A DNA stretch of 63,223 nt, counting the filler, from Lenisia limosa (Eukaryota > Protista > Breviatea), in assembly GCA_001655205.1 (NCBI GenBank). It is 6 parts of 6 records of this genome, joined end to end, with 100 filler letters (N's around TTAATTAATTAA, not from the genome) between each part and the next. Parts side by side here need not be neighbours in the genome. Positions count along the whole stretch, not along the records: positions 1 to 15,672 come from LPNZ01011220.1; positions 15,773 to 39,584 come from LPNZ01005501.1; 4 more parts are not named here. The stretch is one strand, 5' to 3'. Of the stretch, positions 11,101-22,831 are shown in pieces. Under the pieces are notes generated by a model. It was not told the DNA's origin and did not search any database. It saw only the letters and a program-made list of their open reading frames with translations. How positions within the stretch are numbered: position 1 is the first letter of the stretch; each line of letters begins with the position of its first letter. The position numbers and the translations under genes are program-made.

Positions 11101-14100
11101 CTAGCAAGCAATTTGATCCTCGTTACACACGTCCCAGATGCCAAGCAGGTACGAGAAGCGTATCCTGAACAGGTCGCGTCCCATGCCTGGGGGGGGGGGG
11201 GNNNNNNNNNNNNNNNNNNNNNNNNNNNNNNNNNNNNNNNNNNNNNNNNNNNNNNNNNNNNNNTGAAAAAAGTACAGTGGGTTAGTTTTCATATAATATA
11301 TATATCCCAGGGTTTCTTGAGATAAAAAAATGCAGAAAATGGTCACGCACCTGCAGGAGCTTCCATGCCGACTTTGCTGCCGTCAATCTCCTGCCAGTTG
11401 ATTGCATCTAGGTCAAGATAAGTGCAGATTGTTAATTGACGATAAACTCCGATGCAGCAAGACCTTATTCTGTTTTTAATGAGTTTGAAAAAGCCCAGGC
11501 AAACTTTCGATGATAGGGACGCCATATCGCTCGCAGAGGAACAAATGCTCGACGTCAAAAGACCATCTTGCTGCACCACGTTAACAACGTTATAACAAAC
11601 ACTGAAGATTGAGACAGTCAAGCAAGACAATCGATGCACTCCCTACCGATTCTCTGATTTGAGAAGATGAAGCGAGCGGCCTTCCTTGAGTACAATTTGA
11701 AGCCGCACTGTGTGTCCTTCACTGTTCGAACGCAGAGGGACCTTTGGAGTTAGCAAAAGGACTCGAGGTTCAAGGGTGGCAACTCTCATTGTATCTAGGG
11801 CTTCACTTCGATTCGAAAAAAGACTGAATTTCTTAATAAATCCTCGAAAACTATCGACATTTTTCCAAACCAAGTGAAGCCGTAATTGTCTCATTATTAG
11901 CAAAACAGACTGCCCTCTCTCCCCACTTCTCTTAGCAAACCTCTCCCCACACCTCACCAAACAAGGAAGTGGAATCCGTGCATCAGTAAGTTGCGAAGGA
12001 AAGTTCTCTGTCAGTGTCAGGTTGTTGCAAAGATTTCGATTGAAACTGGGATACCAATCTGAAGGCAAGACGATAGAAAGAGAACATCGCCAACAAAGGA
12101 GGACTGTATACTAATTGCATACAGTATGATTAGGGCTTCCCTACGGTCCCAAAAAAGACTGAATTTCTCGACCAATCCTCAAGAAATGTCGATATTTTAC
12201 CAGTCGTTTTCGGACCTTGGAGATCCTGATATACAATTCGCTATATCCAACAAAGCAAGATCCCCCCCCCACGTCAGCCACGGCATCGTCTTGAAGATGC
12301 GCCCTGCTGCCAATTGAGAGATAAACGTCGTCCCAAGGAAGTGCGGCCTCCTGTCCGGTAAATTGAGGGAAAGAACACGATTATGCACCACTATGAAATA
12401 GAGGTAAATAACCCGATTATGCGCTGTTGAACAGAGTGGCCGATTATGCGGTAAAACAGAGGGAAACTACCCGATTATGTGCAATTGAACAGAGGAAAAG
12501 TGGCACACTTTAAATTGAAACAAGGAGCCCAATAGAACTCTATTTCCATACATCTCCAATAAGATACTTGAACCACCAGGAGCGAAGTCGCCTCCCAAAC
12601 CTCGAGCTTCTCCATATGTGCAATTTCGGACGCCCCATCCGCGTCAAGCATCAGCAGCGCGCGGCCGCGGGCTCTCAGTGCTCCCTATTTACTGGTTATT
12701 GGGGACTTCAAAGTAAATAGCAAATACAAACAAGGTTGTAGCTGGCCGAAGAGATCGAATTATAGTAAACAACATCATATACATGTATATGTACATATAG
12801 CAATGAGAAATAAAAAACAAGGCCGTCTTGAGATATGGAATTATAGTAAACAACATAGTAATATTAGAGCTGTTTATCGGCAGTATACATTTACATAAAC
12901 TCATGATGCAGGAATAACGTGAAAATGAAATACTAATTGTATGCAGTGGATCATTTGTATCTATAGATGATACTCAGCTTCAAAAAATACCGAGCTCACC
13001 TCTCTAACTGCAGTTCCCTTTCCACCGTTTCTTGGAAGGGTCATCAGACGAATCTTGTCACTTCCATAGGCAGAAATGTATCCATATGCCACCTGTAAAA
13101 CAGGTCAAAATTGAAACCACTACCCATCCAAGGTGCTCTATCTCACTGATACTTTTCATATTCAGAAAAGAAATTAATGAAACAAAGGGCATATGAAAAT
13201 GGGATAATTATAAGCTCTGGCATTAACTTGACAGAAGGTATATTAGCATATTATTGGTCGCTTCAGGGCTTCACTGAGGTTGTTGAATCAATTATAGTCT
13301 AGCTAATACAAACATATACATATTATAATAAATACATGGGAGCCAGTAAAGTAGAGAAAACGAGTCACAATTACAAATACAAGACGCAAACCTGTCTGGT
13401 GGTGTCCTTTGACCCGTCGTCAATGATGATGATCTCGTACGTGAAGTCAGGGTCTCGGGTCTTAACGGTGAGTTGATACACCGCATATGATACCAAGGGC
13501 TTCACTTCGGTTCGAAAAATACCGGTAAAATATATATTTTCGAAGATTTATCGGGAAATTCAGTCTTTTTTCGAACCGAAGTGAAACCCTAGATACCCCT
13601 TGGGTTAAGGTATGGAGTCGGATGCTGAGGCCTTACCTGGCGTTGGTGCAGGTATGTGAGGGTCGAGTTGAGCATAGGAGGAAGGCGCTTCTCTTCTAAA
13701 GAATCCAGATTAGAAAGAGGAATAATACATCTTTTAGTAATCTTTTGGGAATAATAAATCTGTTGAAGGGGGAATAAGATATATTATTTAGGGAAATCAT
13801 TTGGAGAAGAATCTGTCTCTCTTTTGAAACTAAATCCGGAGATGAAATTCCCAATTCGAACAACATATAATTGAGAGAATGGAAATGAAACAGAAAACAT
13901 CCGTTTGGCCCTACCGTTATAGGCCGGGACCAAAAATGTGATGTCAACAGAAGCGTCAGCCCAGATCGATGGGAAGTCTTCATACTTCTCGGGAAGCGCT
14001 TTTGCGGGGCAATTGATTTGCAACTTATCAGATGTACCTGTTGCAACCGGGTATGATGGGGTTACATTGCCCCAGTCGTACTTACAGTCATTACGAGTAA

Positions 14101-14226
14101 TCCATAAATATAGCAAGAAAGAAAAGAGCTGAAATGGTTAACTCGCCCGATCTAATCAAATTTTCTCACCATAAAGAGCCCAATTGAAAGGACAATAGCC
14201 AAGAGGAACACAAGAGAGACCATCAT
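11101..14226 (-). CDS. ALG5: Dolichyl-phosphate beta-glucosyltransferase (GT2)
   Basis: N-terminal TM, then [75 protein letters not shown], and [17 protein letters not shown] at the C-terminus. Confidence 0.95.
11796..11884. mobile_element. hAT-type MITE family A
   Basis: TIR TAGGGCTTCACTTCG; TSD attgtatc/attgtctc. Confidence 0.8.
12131..12222. mobile_element. hAT-type MITE family A (A2 TIR TAGGGCTTCCCTACGGTCC)
   Basis: Left TIR intact, right TIR decayed. Confidence 0.7.
13495..13591. mobile_element. hAT-type MITE family A
   Basis: Long TIRs CTTCACTTCGGTTCGAAAAA / TTTTTCGAACCGAAGTGAA. Confidence 0.85.
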
Positions 14227-14499
14227 CTCAACAAGGTAAAAGAAACTATCACAACAACCCTCTCTTAACTCACGTATACTATAATTTTTAACTTAAATGC
14301 ACTCAGAAAAGGCTGGAAAAGCAGAAAAAAAAACAACACAAGTAGTCAGATCTGGCAGATCAAAATGAATGGCGAAAAACGAGAAAAATAACGAAAAAAA
14401 TGGGCAAGTTATAATTGAGTTATAATATAATTTAAATAAAGACACATCAATCCGTAAGATATAAGAGATAAAAGTAAGTCCTCAGAGAGATCTTTCAAA
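14227..14499. promoter_or_regulatory. Divergent ALG5/PRIM2 promoter region
   Basis: 273 bp AT-rich gap between head-to-head ATGs. Confidence 0.6.
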
Positions 14500-15659
14500 A
14501 TGGCGCCTCCTAAGGTGCAGCAGAGGGGTATCCCTATCTCAATGTATGTCTCGCCACCAGCTGACAAGGTTTCAATCGAAACAATGGAGAGAGCGGCGTT
14601 GGACAGGCTACAACGTGGGTTTTCCTCTTGACCAACGCGCCTTTTTGCTGTGGCTATCTTAGTGGTCTTCTACTTTCTCTCTCTTACTCTGCATAGTTCT
14701 TCAACGAATTGAATCCTTCCGCACTTCAGGCAGCCACTTTAACGAGTACAAAGGCGCGCTAGAGGGGGACTACAAAAAGAACGTATGCATTAATAAATGC
14801 ATAAGGATAGTTGTGAATAACATTTTAATCATAGTCGTAGAACTCGGAGTATTTTATATTGGCGAATTTCTTCATAGTGTTCAGTATTATCTCAATAGTT
14901 TCAATGGATTGTTAGCATCTAGTCTCAGCCCCACAAGCATGTTTCTTTCAGTTGCATATCTCTTTCACTAGCATGTCTCAGAACCATCCACATAACATAT
15001 TAATAAGCTCATCCGCACTGATGCTGCAGATTGCAAGGGCCGAGAAGCGGATTGTCATTGACGATATTTCCCTCCAAACTGATGATTCTCTTTCGCACTT
15101 TGCGCTGAGGCTTGCAATGTGTTCAACGTTGGAGGGGGAATATGTAGTAAATAGCATGAAAATTTTGAAGGTAAATTTGGAGGGAGGAATAATTAGCATT
15201 AATGATGAGTAAAGAGATGATGCCCTTTCTCTACCATTACTCACATTGCGAGGGGCTAAACTCACAATGTGAGCCAATTTCACTCCACAATTTGAGCCAA
15301 CTTCACTCCATAGGCCGGATAACCGCCAGTGGTTCGCGTCAAATGAGGTCGAACTTTTCAGGTGTGTTGTTGGGTATTTCTTGAGTGTATTAAATGATAT
15401 AGTATTATGTATGTAGGGCTTCACTTCGGTTCGAAAATATCGATATATTTCGAGGGTTTCTGGAGAAATACAGTCTCTTTTTTTTGAACCGAAGTGAAGC
15501 CTTTTTATTTGTATTCCTCTTGAAGCAGTCAGAGACAAAAGGGAGGACAACAAACAGCCACTTGCGTCTAATAAGACCAGATTTAAAGCCTCGCGTCTGA
15601 GTCAGAATGATGGGTCTTTTGTCACATTCCTGAAGGAGCATAATATCCAAATCGAATCT
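14500..15659 (+). CDS. PRIM2: DNA primase large subunit, 5' portion only (cut by linker at 15673)
   Basis: MYVSPPADKVSIETMERAALDRLQ, DDSLSHFALRLAMCS and RQWFASNEVELFR match the PRIM2 N-terminal motifs. Confidence 0.88.
15414..15503. mobile_element. hAT-type MITE family A
   Basis: Same TIRs, in a PRIM2 intron. Confidence 0.8.
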
Positions 15660-15672
15660 GTAAGGGGGGGGG

Positions 15673-15772
15673 NNNNNNNNNNNNNNNNNNNNNNNNNNNN
15701 NNNNNNNNNNNNNNNNTTAATTAATTAANNNNNNNNNNNNNNNNNNNNNNNNNNNNNNNNNNNNNNNNNNNN
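15673..15772. other. Artificial assembly linker (also 39585-39684, 47208-47307, 58172-58271 and 62095-62194)
   Basis: Identical 44 N + TTAATTAATTAA + 44 N; the 12-mer gives stops in all six frames. Confidence 0.95.
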
Positions 15773-15854
15773 TTGCAATGAATAACACCCAAGGTCTATA
15801 ATATCGTTGCTATACATAACACCCAAGGTCTAGAATATAACTCTAGGAGGAAAT

Positions 15855-18800
15855 CTAGCCTACGCTTCCACCGCCCCGTAGAGGACGTGCAATGTGAGAA
15901 GAGAACACCCGGTTGCCACTCTGTCTGTCAGCCTGAAGGGGGTGAAGGAATGTGATAATGGATAAAAAAAAAAGAATAGTAACCAATAAAACTGACAGCA
16001 GGAACTACAAAACGTACGGGAAGGTGTTTATATTGCATTTACTAGTTAAAACACTATGAAAAAGAAAATGAACCTTCAATCTGGTAGTGAACAAAAACAG
16101 TGAGGTGTGTGTGTGGGGGGTATGCTGTATCCAGCAATAAAACGCGTAAAACGGGCAAAAACTCAATGATGGAAAGCAAACCTGGTATTTACTGAGTTCG
16201 TTCCGATGCTGTTCCTCCTTCTGTGCCATAGAGGTTTTGAGGGTGGACAGCGTGTTCTCAAGCTGAGATATCCGTGCAAGGCGCGAGGCTAACACCTTGT
16301 TGTTTTCCTGGGGGAGAAGTTACTCAGTATCCATTTTTTCACGTGGATGAATACCAATCGAAACGCAGTACCCCTCTACTCCATCCACTCCACCACGATG
16401 TGATGCCATAACCCCCAATCTTGCTGAGAAAACCCCCAGAGCGGCTCACATTCGCCTCATTACGTAGCTGGCTGTTCTGCGCTGAAAGCTGCTGGTGAAC
16501 CTAAAAGGTGTTACGGGGGGGAGGGGGGAGGAGGGTGATCAAAAAACTGAGCACAAAAGATAACGTTCTTTATATTGTCTATTACAGGGAGTGGGGCTTC
16601 ACTTCGGTTCGAAAAAAGACTTCTATAAATCTTTGAAAAATATCGATCTGGTCTTTTTCGATGGGAGTCTTGATACCTGAGTCAAGTGGTCGAGGTTCTT
16701 CTCGTAGACTGCAATCTTCTTGTGCAAGTTCTTATTGCCACTTGTCTGAACACTATCAAAAGGGAAGTCCATGACTAAAGCGGAAATAGTATATCATATT
16801 AAGTAAAGACAAGATCAGTGTGTTGATTAGAAATGACAATAACTGCGCATCAAGAAATCCAGCATCCAGAATTATCGGCAACCCCCCCCCCCCNNNNNNN
16901 NNNNNNNNNNNNNNNNNNNNNNNNNNNNNNNNNNNNNNNNNNNNNNNNNNNNNNNNNNNNNNNNNNNNNNNNNNNNNNNTCGCACCTAATTGTTAGAAGC
17001 CATGAAAAAAAAAATGAAATGGCAATTGAAACCCCGCGCACCTGTTCTGTAGGTCCTTCAAGAGATGGGTCTTGGTAGTGCTGAATTCGGCCATTGAACG
17101 TTCGGCCCGAGCCTGAAGCTCCAATAGGTCCTTCTCAAGCTGTGGGGGGGGGGGTGACATTGATAGGGCTTAGATGAGTGCCAAGGTCAACAGCAAGCTT
17201 GTTACCATGATATACGTGGACGCTGTCTTCATTCAACCCAATATACATGATCCCTCAATAGCAATTGGTATAACACCGACCCTACCCTCTCCTTCTTGGT
17301 CTTGAGCACCAGTACCTCCTCGCCCAGGCCAGCGTTGCGAGCCAAAAGCTCCTCCTCAGCTGCTTGCCGCTTCTCCTCAGCCTCGCGACTCGCTCGCTAT
17401 ATGGATCACTTCGATCAAAAAGTCCAATTTTAACACTAAATACTCCATGAAACTCAAATAACTGTGTATTCTCAAGTAAGGCCCACGTTGAGTTTTCTAT
17501 TTGACTCCTCAAGATCAGATATCTTCATATTCAAGTTTGTTGTGTCAGTTTTGGCCTCCTAAATTGTTCATCAGCTAAAATAATTTAGATGACGATCGCA
17601 CTTATCAATTCAATTTTCTAAATGAACAGATTTTTCATCCCTCTAATCCACATAAAATTAACTTGCTCGGTTGTAATATGTTTTTCTTACCTCTATGAGA
17701 CCCCTTCCCCACCTCCAGGTCCTTGATCAACTTCTCAACATCACCACCAACAGCCGCCCGCTCCGACTCAACCATCTCCGCTTTAGTTCGTAGCATTTCC
17801 TGGGTAGATGAAAGATGGGAACATATAAAAGAACACAAGTATAAGAGTCATTATTCTAAAATAAAGAAGATTGGAAGAAGACAAACTGTATTGTTTAAAA
17901 TATCCAACATGAGAAAGTTGAAAAATCAACTGTTTTTGAAACGATCGAGTTGACCTTCAAAAACTGTGGTCAGAAACATTCGAACGCACCTTTTCCTTGT
18001 TGGCTTCTGACAGCTGCGAAAGTGCGTCCTCGAGTTTGTCAGATGTCTAAAGAGTTACTCTTTGTAGTTGTGTGGGGAGGAGGGAAACGTACTACATCAA
18101 TTGTACACTTATGATATGATATCATCAGCTGCATTAAACCAAACCAAAGACGTCATATTCCCCAGTCAACAGACCTCGGTTAGCTGCTGACTGGTGGTAG
18201 CTATTTTGGCCTTCAACGCCAGATGCTGCGACTGGAGCGTCTGATGTGAGGCATCAAGCTCAGCAGCCTTATCCTTGAGCTCGGAATTAGCTTCACGCTG
18301 GGTCTTCAATTCGAAGGTTAGCTCCGCTTGACGGGCAAGTTCGGCCTGATGATCATGGGTAAACAAATACGAGAGAATTTTGACAAGCGTGAAAAAGAAA
18401 CAAGTCCAATAGTTACTCAAGTGTCAGGCACAAGAGAAGAAAGCTGTGAGCGGGCATTCTAAACGTTTTCCCTAGAAAAGCAATATTCATTCTTTGAACC
18501 AGGCCACAAACTTCAATATCGATTGTCGGTTGGGCGGCCTCGGGTACCTGGAAATGTGACTATCTTGGAAGAAAGGCACTGGAAAGCGAAGAAAACAAAA
18601 TTGTAGAGAAGAATAAAAAAACATAGCNNNNNNNNNNNNNNNNNNNNNNNNNNNNNNNNNNNNNNNNNNNNNNNNNNNNNNNNNNNNNNNNNNNNNNNNN
18701 NNNNNNNNNNNNNNNNNCGAGTCTCCCAGGATCTCGAGACGGAACAAGTCGTCAGCCTTGGCCTGGCAGTCAATCGCAAGCTCCTCACCCAGGAACACCG

Positions 18801-21800
18801 ACAGCGACAGATCCTCAGCACATGGCTCGGGAGCTAACAGGCGCTTCGTGGTCTGGGGGGAAGGGATGAATTAAGTGCTATGATTGATAGATAGGGCTTA
18901 ACTTTGGTTCAAAAAAAGACTGAATTTCTCAATAAATCCTCAAAAGCTATCGATATTTTACCGGTCTTTTTCGAACCGAAGTGAAGCCCTAGATATGACC
19001 ATCTGGCTGATGTCAAAAAGTGCTGCTAAAATGCGATCGAAATGCCAGCCAATAAATACAACCTATAGTTATTATCCCAAAATACTTTACGTGATTCCAC
19101 CTCAATGATACTCCTGAGGCTTTGGATCTCTACGACCGCGCGTGACAATGACGCCACATCTGTAATGGGCGCGCTCATGGGACGCGTGATCCTGGAAGAG
19201 ATGGAAATGAGAACTTATGGAAGAAGAGAAAAATAATAAAAGCAATATTTATGAAACCCACATGAGGTCCCGGGGGAAGAAAGTTCTGATACAAAATTGT
19301 AAACTACCCCATGCAGTTGAAAATAAAAACCAACCCATGTGTATATAGACCCGAATATGAACCACTGACTCTGAAGTATCTGGACCGCTTCCATCAATGA
19401 TCGCCTAAACTGTGAAGACAGAAGAAAAATACTACCAAAATCATTGTCCAAGTAGCTAATACCCACCCCCCTCCACCTTAAGTTTTTTAATCTCCTTCTC
19501 AGCTTTTGAGAGGGCTAGCTTGAGTTCGGCTGCGCTGCGCTCTCTGTTGATCTTCGCCTTGTTCTTGATGGACTTCGCTCTTTGGGTGGTTTATGTTGGG
19601 GAAATAAACAATCAGCTCTGTTTCGTGATATATATACATATAACAGGGTGAAAAATGGAATAAAAAGATCGACCCTGTCGCTTTCCAGTACTGTGGATAA
19701 TATAAATATTGAAATACTTGAGCCACTCTGATTATTCAGCAAACCCTTTACCACCAACCTGGTGCCAAATCTCAGAGTGGACACGGTTTCAGGCTCATTG
19801 ATGCGGGCAGGCGAACAACAGACAATCAGGGACGTGCGTGAGTTGCCTCCCACTGACTCTTGCAGAATGCGGGTCAACTTTGAGTCGCGATACGGGATGT
19901 GGGTAACCTGAAAAGTCAATTCATGGAATTGGTGATAGCAAGATTGAATACTGTGCATTAACAGAATAAATGTGTGTGTGTGTGTGTACTTTTTTTCGCC
20001 CCATTTGAATCACAAAATCCCCATATGTGACGCTCATAAAAAAAACCGTTCCTACCGTGGGGTCAGTGAGCGAATTGATTACGTTGCCCAAGGCGGAGAG
20101 GGACTTATTAATCATTTTAGCCTCATCAAGTGTCAGTCCCTGTGCGTCCGTGCGGTCGACCTGGAGGACATGAGGCCAAATACTGTGATCTTTGACAAAG
20201 CTAATACTTCCCCACAAAGTTCTCAAAGTAGAACCTGCCCCTGTTCAACCTCCACACACCCTCTCAGAACCAGCCAAATCCACGAGGTTGAGCTTGCCAC
20301 TTCGCGTGCTCAAATCGGTCAGATTCTTCTGAGTCACAACAACGGTAAAGATACTGTGCGAACGCGAAGAACCTGCATTCATTTCTACACCAGTAAGCCT
20401 AGCCATAAGATAGCCGGACCAATGTCTCGATTTCTCACAATATCCTCCACGATTGACAGTGATACCTTGAATGCAACCCCCACCTACTTGTCACTGCTTT
20501 GGCTCTGTTGTTGCTTCCCATATCGAGAAGCTCAATCACTTCCTCCAGTGTAGACACGTATAGTTCTGTGGCTCCCCCCACCTAAGGGGGGTTGGAGTGA
20601 AAAAATCAGACTCAATAGGTTAAACAATATTACACACATGAAGATATTAAATAAACAAATCTAACTCTGGGAGGGTGGGATAGATTGTTAGCAAATACAC
20701 GCATCAATAAAAAGAACACGGAAACGAGAATACATGATGACAAATGCAGAACATCACGATGCGTACGTATACACCGCGCTCCTTGCTTTGGTGAATCTGA
20801 AGATTGTCGTTGGCGACTAAACCGTTAGGACTTAGTGACTGCCTGGTTGTATTCAAATATAGAACAGTATAGAAAAAAAAGAAATAATCAAGACATACCG
20901 TTGAAAAGATCTCTGACACGCTCCATATATATTTCAAAATAAGAGACTTTGACGGTAAACTCCAAATCCTCAGCTGCATTTACAATTTCATCAAAAAGCC
21001 TCCCGACCTGGGTGATTAATCAATAAGACAAATATGAAGATAATGACATGCTAAATATTAATTTCTGTCCCTCATCCTCAAAAACAATATCGGAACTCTC
21101 GACCATCATCGACGCTGTGAACCTAATGAAGCCCAATATACCAATCTGGGAGTGAGTCCGGCCTGTGGTCCAGTCAATGTTGGGCCCTGCATTGTATACG
21201 TCTTACCCGCACTAGTTTGGCCTGGTTGATGATAAAAATAGGACACGGGGAGGGAGGAGGTACACATAGTCAATATTCAAACAATCCGCAAAAATGGTTT
21301 ACTCCATACCGTAAGCAAAAACGGTTCCATTGTAGCCTTTGAAAATATCTGAAAATGTGAATTTTCAAGAAAAAAAACCATGAAAACAGATCTAACGCTT
21401 GGGGAAAACTAGCCAATGACCAAACCAAACACCAGTCATAGACAAACCGTCAATCGTGGGCTTGCCAACAATGTCATAGATATCTGCCTGTGTTGCACCC
21501 CAGAAGATGTTGTCAAAGTTAAAACGATGTGTACCAGTAGCGCCCTAAAAAGCCATGAGTAGCGACTCGGAGTTTACACATTTTATCTGTTTGATAACAT
21601 TATGAGCAATTCAATATCATATCATATGCATTCGTGAAAGAAATGTGGGTTGAAAGGTCTTTTAATTCTGAATAATATATAAATATATGTATCATCTATA
21701 TAGTTCAATGAACAAATACCTCCATCCTCCAACGTTTAGCTCAACACTGGTGTTGTCATCATTGAAATTGGCGCATATACCTCCGCCAGATTTCTTTTCT

Positions 21801-22199
21801 GCAGCATTTTCGGGTCGAAAGCGGCAAACAACCTGCCAGGTCATTGTTCAGGGGGGNNNNNNNNNNNNNNNNNNNNNNNNNNNNNNNNNNNNNNNNNNNN
21901 NNNNNNNNNNNNNNNNNNNNNNNNNNNNNNNNNNNNNNNNNNNNNNNNNNNNNNNNNNNNNNNNNNNNNNNNNNNNNNNNNNNNNNNNNNAAGAAATTTA
22001 AACGAATTGGAGACTGTACTGGCTAAGACTGTATTTGATTCATTGGCGAGTCATAAAAGTTCCCTTTAGTATTCTTCAAGAACACATATGAATATGACTA
22101 TTCCTAGTACATCATCATACATCCTCAGAAAAAAGGAGAATGAAAGGGATTCTGAATATGGTGGATGGAAAGGCTGAGACAAACCTTTATGTTGCTCAT
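15855..22199 (-). CDS. KIF5: Kinesin-1 (conventional kinesin heavy chain)
   Basis: [26 protein letters not shown] (P-loop), [31 protein letters not shown], coiled-coil exons, and tail [10 protein letters not shown] (IAK-like motif). Stop at 15855-15857. Confidence 0.95.
18892..18992. mobile_element. hAT-type MITE family A
   Basis: Full-length copy with TAGGGC...GCCCTA, in a kinesin intron. Confidence 0.85.
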
Positions 22200-22831
22200 T
22201 GTGGAATAGCTTGGTCAAATAGACTGCGCCTAATCCCAGCAATGCTAAGCGAGTCTTGGAGAGCCTCTGTGCTAACTTAGAGTTGCGAAACCAAAATGTC
22301 TAGTTAACTTTTCGACCTATTACACCCAGTACTGATATGAAATGACACCTTTAAGCAAATTGCTGCATAAGTGGGCCACTTTATTTGGTTCCATCATAAC
22401 TTAAAAAGTCCGGCGCCGGCAAATAATTGACTTCAACCAGAGAACCAACCTCTCAACCTCTCAACCTCTCAACCTCTCAACCTCTTCTACGCGAAAGTAA
22501 CTTTAAAAGGGTGTCTCTCTGAAGGATTATATCAGAGAGACTGGAGAACTTGCCCTTACTTGCCACAAAAAGCGGAGAATTTTATCATAAACCCCGCCTC
22601 ACTTCAATTTTTAGCTTCCTGTCGATTCTACTTAATTAAAGACAATAAATATTGATGAAGATCACTTAGGTTAACAGAAACCTCTGGCAAGAAGGCCTCA
22701 AGTTTGGCAGGTCTTCTGAAAACGGGTTTGTTGGTTTGTTGTGGAATGTTGCTGGGTTCGTGATGGGCTCGCGTATAAAGTTGATTTTGGTCTTTGTCTG
22801 GTTTCTTCATTTTTGTTCACTTTTGACCAGG
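22200..22831. promoter_or_regulatory. Divergent kinesin-1/Zn2Cys6 promoter region
   Basis: 632 bp between head-to-head ATGs; contains CCGGCGCCGG and (AACCTCTC)n. Confidence 0.55.
22447..22485. repeat. (AACCTCTC)x5 in the divergent promoter
   Basis: Read directly from the sequence. Confidence 0.95.

Noticed and set aside
11137-11190. Extra plus-strand MROH1 exon
   Set aside because: The minus strand encodes the conserved ALG5 C-terminus, and MROH1 already stops at 10899.
14378-14390. E2F-like site (TGGCGAAAA) upstream of PRIM2
   Set aside because: Imperfect short match that is expected by chance.
14500-15659. PRIM2 as a truncated pseudogene
   Set aside because: The exons are intact and the break coincides with a linker.
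15717-15728. TTAATTAATTAA palindrome as a biological motif
   Set aside because: Always centred in exactly 44+44 N; it is an assembly linker.
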